Below, piece by piece: positions 1 through 5,919 of a DNA stretch of 64,000 nt (its first letter is position 1; each line of letters opens with the position of its first letter). Location of the stretch: positions 126 to 64,125 of the forward strand of contig CADBQY010000077.1 in assembly GCA_902796885.1 (NCBI GenBank). Direction: 5' to 3'. The notes beneath the pieces are model-generated. The model was not told the DNA's origin and searched no databases. It worked only from the letters and a program-made list of their open reading frames with translations. The translations under genes and the position numbers were made by a program. This DNA comes from an uncultured Planctomycetota bacterium (GTDB lineage: Bacteria > Planctomycetota > Planctomycetia > Pirellulales > Thermoguttaceae).

Positions 1-665
1 GTCGGAATCTGATGACGCTTCCCGCGGATGTTCCCGCTCCAAATGGAGGTGAAGAGCAAAAGCGAGGCGTTGCAGCGCGACCCGACGATCGTCGGAAACC
101 GGAGCCGATCCGGCTTCACTTCGATTTCGCACCGCCGCCCCTGGTATTCGAGCGGCCGCTGCGCGATCCCTCCCCGGCACGCCAGCGGATAGCAGACCTC
201 CGGATAATCCTGGGCGATGGGAAACTCCGGCTCCCACGCCCCGTCCTCGGTCAGCGTGTCGCTCTGCAGGTTCACCGCAAAGAAGTTCGCCGCATCGGCG
301 CTCATCGAATCGACCGCCGAGATATAGATCCCGTAACGCGTCACCCCCATCAGGTGCGCCCGTTCCATCAGCCCGGAGAGAATCGACGTCTTCCCGAACG
401 AGCGGTAGGCGTTGACGTTCTGATACCCCCGCCGCTCGATCGCGTTCCACGCCAGATCGATGAACTCGGTCTGCGATTCCGAAAAGTCGAGATAGAAATG
501 TTCGGGGTGGTAGGTGCGCAGCCAGAGCGCCGGATCTGCCTCGCACGCGCGCCGGCGGTCCGGATCCTTCACGGCGGGAATCTCACCGATGTCGTTGAGT
601 TCCTTCTGCGCCTGAACCCGCCGCGCCTTCGCCTGTTTCTGTTTTTCAATGCCGTAGCTCGGCAC
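1..665 (-). CDS. phage terminase large subunit, N-terminal part (CDS continues past the left window edge)
   Basis: This ORF is not in the track because it is open at the window edge. I translated the minus strand from GTG 665, which has GGAGGAG 7 nt upstream. It reads VPSYGIEKQKQAKARR...ACEADPALWLRTYHPEHFYLDFSESQTEFIDLAWNAIERRGYQNVNAYRSFGKTSILSGLMERAHLMGV... with no stop down to position 1. It has a Walker-A-like RSFGKTS and an N-terminal context typical of terminase ATPase domains. Confidence 0.55.
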   Translation of the reverse strand, partial: MPSYGIEKQKQAKARRVQAQKELNDIGEIPAVKDPDRRRACEADPALWLRTYHPEHFYLDFSESQTEFIDLAWNAIERRGYQNVNAYRSFGKTSILSGLMERAHLMGVTRYGIYISAVDSMSADAANFFAVNLQSDTLTEDGAWEPEFPIAQDYPEVCYPLACRGGIAQRPLEYQGRRCEIEVKPDRLRFPTIVGSRCNASLLLFTSIWSGNIRGKRHQIP

Positions 666-1044
666 AACCACACTCCTCCAAACTTTTCCGCTCTCTCCCC
701 CGCCGCCGAACCCGTCGCCGAATTCCCGCGAACCTGCCGTCAACCCCGCCTCCCGCGCCGTCCGTCACCGGTTCCCGCGCGTTTTCCCCCCGGGGGTAAA
801 AAAATCCCTCCCCCGCGGGCGCTGCCCCCGACCTTTCGGATTTTGGCGGCGGGGGAAGGACCCCGAGCGTGCGCGGGCCGCCGGCCGTGCGGGGCGATTT
901 GGGGCCGATTCCGCGCCGGCGGGTGCGGGATGCAGCGAAAAGCAATATAACCGAAGAAAAAAAGAGGTTTTTTACGTTTTTGAAGCGTGTTCAGCGGCGC
1001 ATGAAAAGCTTGACTTTGGGCATTTCCTACCTGACTGTAGGTCT

Positions 1045-1580
1045 ATTTCTACATTTTTCATGCAGTACCCCTCTCCAAAATCCTGTAAAAATCGACACCC
1101 CCCCAGAAGCATGTAGAAACGTAGAAATATATATAAAAATAAAAAAAAAAAAAAAGAATATATATATTAGTATATAGCTTGAGAGCGATTTTACCTATCT
1201 TCTCAAAAATGTTAAGATGCGCTGTTTTTATAGTGCTTTTCATTTCTACATCAAAATGTAGAAAAATGTAGAAATGGTAGAAATCAATAGCACTATAAAA
1301 ATTATGTATCTTATCTATCTTCTATATAGTGATATAAAAACGCCCTATTTTAACTGTTAAACTGGGTTGAATCTATATCACTATACGCAAGATAGGCAAG
1401 ATATATTTATTTTAAATCTTGCCTATCTTATCAATTATACTACACGAAACAGTCATTTTTTTAATAGCACTATAAAATCAACCTATATTAACATCTAAAT
1501 TACCTAGTTTAGCAAGACGTCACCATGAATTTAATCTATTTTATCATAAGTTCAACCTATCTTAACATTTCGTTTCTACA
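1045..1580. repeat. NTGTAGAAA 9-mer family, at least 8 copies in both orientations
   Basis: Forward copies lie at 1111-1119, 1120-1128, 1257-1265, 1266-1274 and 1275-1283 (GGTAGAAA variant). Reverse copies (ATTTCTACA or GTTTCTACA) lie at 1045-1053, 1242-1250 and 1572-1580. Confidence 0.85.
1325..1429. repeat. two perfect inverted repeats
   Basis: TATAGTGATATA at 1325-1336 pairs with TATATCACTATA at 1374-1385. AAGATAGGCAAGAT at 1389-1402 pairs with ATCTTGCCTATCTT at 1416-1429, across a 13-nt A/T-only spacer. Confidence 0.9.
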
Positions 1581-1630
1581 CAGCACTATAAAATCAACCT
1601 ATATTAACATAGATTTAACCTATCTTAACA
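1466..1630 (+). repeat. 29-bp perfect direct repeat plus four direct copies of AACCTAT(A/C)TTAACA
   Basis: AGCACTATAAAATCAACCTATATTAACAT occurs at 1466-1494 and 1582-1610. The 14-mer occurs at 1480-1493, 1554-1567, 1596-1609 and 1617-1630. AGCACTATAAAA also occurs at 1289-1300, and inverted at 1225-1237. Confidence 0.9.
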
Positions 1631-1663
1631 AGGCTCAAACTAATCATTCCCGCCGGCCGGCAT

Positions 1664-1691
1664 AAAAAAAGCCGGCCGAAGAACGGCCGGC
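1664..1691 (-). terminator. rho-independent terminator of the leftward immunity-side cassette
   Basis: The minus strand reads GCCGGCCG-TTCTT-CGGCCGGC followed by TTTTTTT. It begins about 20 nt after the stop of CDS 1712..2251. Confidence 0.8.
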
Positions 1692-1711
1692 GCGATAAAA
1701 TTCTGATCTTA

Positions 1712-2251
1712 TCAATAGATTTCAGGGACATGACCTTGACTATTAGTCAGTTCAATTAACTGCGTGATATGGTAGGCAAGGTCTCTGGACTGATCGCGCA
1801 GTTCAATCAAGGCTTGCGCCCAGTCCTGACTATCGCCGCTGTCCAATTGTTTTTTCATGTCGCGCGCTAACTTAATCTGCGCGTCAATTTCATTCTTGAT
1901 TTCTTCCTTGAATGCGGCGAGGTCACGCGGAGGTTCATGAGTCAGAAATCGAAAACCCGCTTCGAGTCGGCGACGAAACGCAAGATTTTTATCAACTACG
2001 GATTCAGCATTACCGGAAAGCGGCCAAAACAGTAAAGTGAGACTGCAATAATTTTCACGAGCCGCAGCTAGGACCGTGCAACTGTTGCTTTCCTGCGATT
2101 CAAGAAGTTCTTGCAAACAGTTTTTGGCGCGCTGAAGATCGTGTTCGACAATTCCTAACCAGTACAACTCTTCTCGGATTGAATCATTAGTAAGTCGTTT
2201 CGCCCACGACCAGTCTTTCAGTTTGCCCCAATCTCTGATGTCGGTATTCAT
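1712..2251 (-). CDS. hypothetical protein, apparently all-helical, with an Rx4H (HEPN-like) motif near the C-terminus
   Basis: This is a 179-aa ORF starting 12 nt downstream of the preceding gene on the same strand, with the terminator directly after it. The motif SRDLAYH (R156..H161) fits the HEPN Rx4-6H pattern. No family was recognised with certainty. Confidence 0.6.
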   Translation of the reverse strand: MNTDIRDWGKLKDWSWAKRLTNDSIREELYWLGIVEHDLQRAKNCLQELLESQESNSCTVLAAARENYCSLTLLFWPLSGNAESVVDKNLAFRRRLEAGFRFLTHEPPRDLAAFKEEIKNEIDAQIKLARDMKKQLDSGDSQDWAQALIELRDQSRDLAYHITQLIELTNSQGHVPEIY

Positions 2252-2263
2252 ATAAAATTTCTC

Positions 2264-2830
2264 CTAATCTTTGGCCGCAAGGAAACGGCCGATCGCACAT
2301 ACGAAGTAAATGACATAGGCCTGAAACATTGATTCTCCTCCAACAGCGAGTGCGCCCAGTCCTACACCAAATAGCGTAGGACTGTATTTGGGATCAGAAA
2401 TAATAAAAGCGGCAACGATAGCGCATATTCCTCCAATCGCACATATTGAACTAAAAACAAGCCATATCGTTCCAAAAGTGCGTAGGTTTCTGGAAGCGTC
2501 ATCAAGATCTACTGCGCGCTGCCGATGAGAATAGCTTTTCCCTTTAGGTTGCAAAACATAGACAACTCGTTCCGACGCCTCATTCCCCCCAGCAGCTTCC
2601 GCCGGTTCCGGTTCGGGCGTGTTGTCCGTTTGATCGGCGGCCTGAACCGGTGGCAATTCTGCCGGGTCTTTGGGAAATTCGAGCCCCTTGACCTTCCGCG
2701 CAGGATAGATTTTCCCGTCGCATTCGATGGGGACATCCGGAGCGATCGTTCCATTTAGAGCAAGTTCTTTGAGAGTGGCGGTGTCGATCGGTCCAATTCG
2801 CTGACCGTTTTTGTAGTAGAAGAATTCCAT
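2264..2830 (-). CDS. GYF_2 (DUF4339)-like N-terminal domain protein with C-terminal transmembrane helices
   Basis: The N-terminus MEFFYYKNGQRIGPIDTATLKELALNGTIAPDVPIE fits the GYF_2 pattern. A P/E-rich linker follows. The hydrophobic stretches IWLVFSSICAIGGICAIVAAFII and LFGVGLGALAVGG...VIYFVCAIGRFL look like transmembrane helices. Confidence 0.65.
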   Translation of the reverse strand: MEFFYYKNGQRIGPIDTATLKELALNGTIAPDVPIECDGKIYPARKVKGLEFPKDPAELPPVQAADQTDNTPEPEPAEAAGGNEASERVVYVLQPKGKSYSHRQRAVDLDDASRNLRTFGTIWLVFSSICAIGGICAIVAAFIISDPKYSPTLFGVGLGALAVGGESMFQAYVIYFVCAIGRFLAAKD

Positions 2831-2992
2831 GGAGCAAGCCTTTCGTTAAGTATTGGGAATCAAAGATATTTTTATTGTACTCAAACGAAAGGTAGCCGCA
2901 AGTCCTCCAGAGGTTAGACTCTAGATCAGAAAATGTCGGAGCCGAGTAGACGTCGGGCGAGTTCGCGGATCAAATCAAGATTGCTTAGTGAT

Positions 2993-3340
2993 TTAGTTTT
3001 TGAAGTTAAAAAAATTTTCTTTTTGCAGCTGTTGAATTGCCTCCCATACGATTTTACGGTTTTCTTCCGAAAGATCGTTGAGAACGCTCTTTACAAAATT
3101 GAGAGTCGCCTGGGTAGTATCAGTCTCTTTAACGGAAACAAACATTTCGCCTTTTCCGGTTCTGAGCCAAGTTTCGGACACGTCATAGGTTGAACAAATG
3201 AGGTTCACTAGACGTGGCGTAAAAGAATTTTTTCCACTAATGACTCGTGATAAATAACTGGGAGTGAACCCGAGTTCTTTGGACATAGTGTTAAGGGACA
3301 GTCCCAAGGCGTCGGCCACAGAGATAATTCGCTTTTCCAT
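2993..3340 (-). CDS. XRE-family HTH repressor (CI-like position, no S24 peptidase domain)
   Basis: The sequence ISVADALGLSLNTMSKELGFTPSYLSRVISGKNSFTPRLVNLICSTYDVSETWLRTGKGEMF shows a classic XRE HTH plus the WLxTGxG motif. GGAGG lies 6 nt upstream of the ATG. The gene is divergent from the early operon. Confidence 0.85.
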   Translation of the reverse strand: MEKRIISVADALGLSLNTMSKELGFTPSYLSRVISGKNSFTPRLVNLICSTYDVSETWLRTGKGEMFVSVKETDTTQATLNFVKSVLNDLSEENRKIVWEAIQQLQKENFFNFKN

Positions 3341-3361
3341 AGATAACCTCCACTGTTTACT

Positions 3362-3466
3362 AGAATACTCGAATCATTGATTTTGTCAATGAATTCAGGG
3401 AAATAAAAATTTTTTCGCTTACCGGTATTGACATAGTAAATATTTTCGGTTATTCTTATTGATATA
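3362..3466. promoter_or_regulatory. divergent back-to-back promoters with candidate operators (lysis-lysogeny switch)
   Basis: Rightward promoter: TTGACA 3428-3433, 17-nt spacer, TATTCT 3451-3456. Leftward promoter: TTGACA on the minus strand at 3389-3384, 16-nt spacer, TATTCT at 3367-3362. The near-palindrome ATCATTGA-N5-TCAATGAA (3373-3393) overlaps the leftward -35. TATTGAYATA occurs at 3426-3435 and 3457-3466. Confidence 0.6.
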
Positions 3467-3496
3467 AACAACAGTTCAAGGCGAAAGGACACAAAA

Positions 3497-3688
3497 ATGG
3501 TTCCGACACCAACCCAGATTATGAATTTGGTCAAAAAACTCGATTCCCACGGGCAAGTAGCCGTGGCGGTGATCGCTGGCGCAGTATTACAGACGCAAAA
3601 AAATTCAGAAAAGATACTTCAACTTGCCAATCATTCCGCGCCGACGAGAGCGACCGCGCCCCCGACCCCGGCGGAGCCGAAGGAGTAA
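3497..3688 (+). CDS. hypothetical small protein, first gene of the rightward operon (Cro position)
   Basis: This is a 63-aa ORF with AAAGGA upstream of the ATG, directly downstream of the rightward promoter. No HTH was recognised. Confidence 0.45.
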   Translation: MVPTPTQIMNLVKKLDSHGQVAVAVIAGAVLQTQKNSEKILQLANHSAPTRATAPPTPAEPKE

Positions 3689-4193
3689 CCCGCCAGCGGC
3701 GAAAGCGTTTCCCGTCATCTCTACTCAGCGGGGTCGCCGGTAGCCTGGCCGAGGTGCGTCGCGAGTGCCTCGTTAATGCGGGTTCTTTCTCGAATTTTTC
3801 ATTCCCGCGGAACCGCGACACACGGCGTTTTATCCCGAACGTCGATTCTCCTTTGAAAGGACCGCGAAGGAAACCCGGCAGTCCGTTCAGGGCTGCCGGC
3901 GCCACGGTTCGATTCCGTGGCGCGGTCTTCGCCGCTTCGGCGGCATCGTGAACCTGGTTAGCACGGTGATGCGTGTTTTCGAACCGGGAGGGTGCTCCGG
4001 CATGTAGAGCGCTGCGTGCCGACCCTGGGCTTTCTGGGACAGACAGAGACCGTTGACATCACACACCAGTCCTGTTCAGGCGGGTTCGACTCCCGCCGGA
4101 AGCCTTCGCCGTCTCCCCGAAACGGCCACTGATCGGGGGGCGTTCCCCCGCGGGGAGACGGCGCCTTTTACACGAGTGCACGGAGGACGCACA
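3689..4193 (+). ncRNA. ORF-free, GC-rich, highly structured transcript segment with two tRNA-like modules (candidate cis-acting or processed RNA)
   Basis: Module A (3860-3927) has the stem GACCGCG/CGCGGTC, a 10-bp hairpin at 3875-3899, and CCACGG-TTCGATT-CCGTGG. Module B (4028-4104) has GGCTTTC/GGAAGCC, GGAC/GTCC, and GGCGGG-TTCGACT-CCCGCC. A UUCG hairpin GCCGC-TTCG-GCGGC lies at 3931-3944. Only implausible R/P/G-rich ORFs are found on either strand. Confidence 0.4.
4108..4169 (+). terminator. compound hairpin with a U-tract (terminator or attenuator within the early operon)
   Basis: A 12-bp perfect stem GCCGTCTCCCCG (4108-4119) pairs with CGGGGAGACGGC (4151-4162). It encloses an inner GGGGGG-CGTT-CCCCC hairpin. 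GCC TTTT follows at 4163-4169. The structure lies 25 nt upstream of ORF 4194. Confidence 0.5.
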
Positions 4194-4316
4194 ATGTCGG
4201 AATTTGATTCAGCCAGTGCGTTCCTTGAATATCTTAACGGAGGAGCCGTGACGGAATTGCAGGAAATACAGGAATGGGCACGCGAACTTTTCAGCGTAGA
4301 GAGGAGCGATAAATGA
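4194..4316 (+). CDS. hypothetical small protein (40 aa)
   Basis: An internal ATG of track ORF 4053..4316 is preceded by GGAGGA 6 nt upstream. The stop overlaps the next start (ATGA). The upstream part of the track ORF lies inside the structured RNA segment. Confidence 0.45.
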   Translation: MSEFDSASAFLEYLNGGAVTELQEIQEWARELFSVERSDK

Positions 4317-4564
4317 CCGCGCAACGAAGTCAAGAAGAAGTCACGCTGATTTACCGCAAAGCGGTTGAACTGCGTGACCGGATCGAGGAACTCGACACGG
4401 ACGATCCTGGCCTGGGGCTCGACAAGAGCGGGCTGGACCTTGCTATCCGTGCCCGGTGGCAAGGGGGAAGCAACGAATACAAGTATAACAGACTCCGCGA
4501 CGCGGTGGTGAACGCGGAGGCTGGGTTGCGAAAGTATCAATATTTGACGGAGGACAAATCATGA
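4313..4564 (+). CDS. hypothetical phage protein
   Basis: This 83-aa ORF has ATGA overlaps with both neighbouring genes, indicating translational coupling. Confidence 0.6.
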   Translation: MTAQRSQEEVTLIYRKAVELRDRIEELDTDDPGLGLDKSGLDLAIRARWQGGSNEYKYNRLRDAVVNAEAGLRKYQYLTEDKS

Positions 4565-5148
4565 AACGAACATTGATGTTCAGTCTGTTAATTCTTGCCG
4601 CTGCACTGATCGGCGGCTGCTCATCGGCCAGCGCGCAGTGCGTCGGCGGAAACTGTTCGCGCGGCTGGGGCGTCTGGTCGCCCTGGGTCGGCGGGTATTA
4701 CTGGCAGTCGCCGTGCGCTGGGGGGAAGTGTTCTGTGACGAAGAAAGCGGAACCGGGCGGGGAAGCCCCCGCGTCGGTCGCCGAGGAACCCGACGAACCG
4801 ATTCCCGCCGACGAAGCGCCTCAGCTCGTCGAGTTCAAACCGTTCTGTCTTCGCGTGGCGGAACTCGTGAACGTCCGCCGCAAAGCGGCCGGACTTCCCG
4901 CGCTGGAGCTCGACGAATCGCTCTGTTCCGGGTGCGACCGGCACAGCGCGTGGATGGCCTCCGGCGGCGGCCTGACACACGCCTACTACGGCGGCGGCCG
5001 CGAGTGCATCGCGCAGGGTGTCCGCTCTCCGGAGGCGGTCGTCAATCTCTGGCTCGGGTCGAGCGGCCACCGCGCGATCATCCTCGGCACCGGCCGCACG
5101 CTCGGCGTCGGCTGCAGCGGGTCGTTCTGGACCCTGAGAGTGAGGTGA
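4561..5148 (+). CDS. CAP/SCP (YkwD-like) domain lipoprotein with a Cys-rich N-terminal region
   Basis: The signal peptide and lipobox read MKRTLMFSLLILAAALIGGC. The CAP-like core is RRKAAGLPALELDESLCSGCDRHSAWMASGGGLTH...GHRAIILG. Confidence 0.7.
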   Translation: MKRTLMFSLLILAAALIGGCSSASAQCVGGNCSRGWGVWSPWVGGYYWQSPCAGGKCSVTKKAEPGGEAPASVAEEPDEPIPADEAPQLVEFKPFCLRVAELVNVRRKAAGLPALELDESLCSGCDRHSAWMASGGGLTHAYYGGGRECIAQGVRSPEAVVNLWLGSSGHRAIILGTGRTLGVGCSGSFWTLRVR

Positions 5149-5151
5149 GTT

Positions 5152-5337
5152 ATGTGGCGACAGATCGAAGATATTAGAGCGGACCTCGCTGTACTGCATG
5201 CCGAGAACCGGGCGCTGAACAGGAGGATCGACGAACTGGTTCGCGAGCTGACCGGTAAAAAGACCGAGAACAAGGAACAATTCAACGAGAAAGGACATTC
5301 AAATGACAATGACACCGAAAGAACAGAAGAAGTATGA
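5152..5337 (+). CDS. hypothetical small coiled-coil protein
   Basis: This is a 61-aa ORF with GAGGTGA upstream, starting 3 nt after the preceding stop. Confidence 0.5.
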   Translation: MWRQIEDIRADLAVLHAENRALNRRIDELVRELTGKKTENKEQFNEKGHSNDNDTERTEEV

Positions 5338-5677
5338 AAAGAAGATTCGCAAGGCGCGCGAACGGTTCCGGGAATCGGCGCGGGAGCTGATCGCCCTGTA
5401 TTGCAAAACCCCGGAAGTGAGCGAATGGATGATCGACGGTATGATCCTCCCCGGCGCGGCAGGTCTGCACGGCACCTGGACGGTTCTGCTCGGCCCGTCG
5501 TTTGTCATGTCGAGGAAGGCAACGGAAACCGCGAAATCTATTCGTGAAGCGGCGCTCAATCAGATGAAAGAGGCGCTCGGTTTGGCGAAATACGATGAGA
5601 TCAAAAACGAAATCAAAGAAATGCTCGGCGCCCGTACGGAAGGACAAAAAGATAAGGAAGAAGAGGAACAACAATGA
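5303..5677 (+). CDS. hypothetical phage protein
   Basis: This is a 124-aa ORF with AAAGGA upstream. Its stop overlaps the next start. Confidence 0.6.
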   Translation: MTMTPKEQKKYEKKIRKARERFRESARELIALYCKTPEVSEWMIDGMILPGAAGLHGTWTVLLGPSFVMSRKATETAKSIREAALNQMKEALGLAKYDEIKNEIKEMLGARTEGQKDKEEEEQQ

Positions 5678-5919
5678 CCGTTAATCTCGACGACACAAAA
5701 GCACTGAATCGGATCGCCGACGCACTGGAAGCGATCAATATGACGATTAAAGTTAAAGGCGGCTTGGAAGCACTGACCGCGGGGCTGGCGCTGATGAGCA
5801 TTAGGCCGGGCGCGCTCGGCGGCGAGGCAGAGCATTTCGTCAAGGAATCTATCCGCGGGACGATTGAAGCGATGGCGCGCGAACGCGAGAAGAACCAGAA
5901 AGAGGAGCCCGTCGAATGA
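5674..5919 (+). CDS. hypothetical phage protein
   Basis: This 81-aa ORF has ATGA overlaps with neighbours on both sides. Confidence 0.55.
   Translation: MTVNLDDTKALNRIADALEAINMTIKVKGGLEALTAGLALMSIRPGALGGEAEHFVKESIRGTIEAMAREREKNQKEEPVE

Larger units (their letters stand above)
951..1650. repeat. extremely AT-rich non-coding island packed with three short repeat families and two perfect inverted repeats
   Basis: There is no credible ORF here. An A15 tract lies at 1141-1155 and the repeat families are listed as separate features. Flanking DNA is GC-rich. Confidence 0.85.

Noticed and set aside
646-945. 99-aa minus-strand ORF upstream of the terminase gene, considered as a possible small terminase
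   Set aside because: The composition is low-complexity R/G/P, no ribosome-binding site is evident, and it overlaps the terminase start in another frame. I treat 672-950 as untranslated leader.
12-950. 312-aa + strand ORF at the left edge
   Set aside because: It is rich in Arg, Pro and Gly with no recognisable motif. It lies exactly antisense to a far more protein-like minus-strand frame (terminase with RSFGKTS), so it is a GC-rich shadow ORF.
1058-1243. 61-aa minus-strand ORF inside the AT-rich island
   Set aside because: The translation is dominated by F/Y/I from poly-A/T runs (ILFFFFYFYIYFYV), which is an artefact of composition.
951-1650. AT-rich repeat block considered as a CRISPR array
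   Set aside because: The repeats belong to several families, occur in both orientations, and have irregular spacing (the 29-mers are 116 bp apart). There are no cas genes nearby.
3689-4193. tmRNA or genuine tRNA genes in the structured segment
   Set aside because: T-loops and acceptor-like stems are present. However, there is no canonical D arm or 7-nt anticodon loop with U33, both T-stems are 6 bp, and I see no tag reading frame or tmRNA-type pseudoknots. I could not fold a cloverleaf, so I report these only as tRNA-like modules.
3689-4193. Possibility that the structured RNA is a CsrB-like sponge for the phage CsrA
   Set aside because: I counted about eight GGA triplets in 505 nt, roughly what chance predicts at this composition. 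Most are not in obvious hairpin loops, so there is no support from sequence.
4053-4316. Full 87-aa track ORF
   Set aside because: Its first 47 codons run through tRNA-like module B and the terminator hairpin and are R/P/G/T-rich. Only the part from ATG 4194, which has GGAGGA upstream, looks coding.
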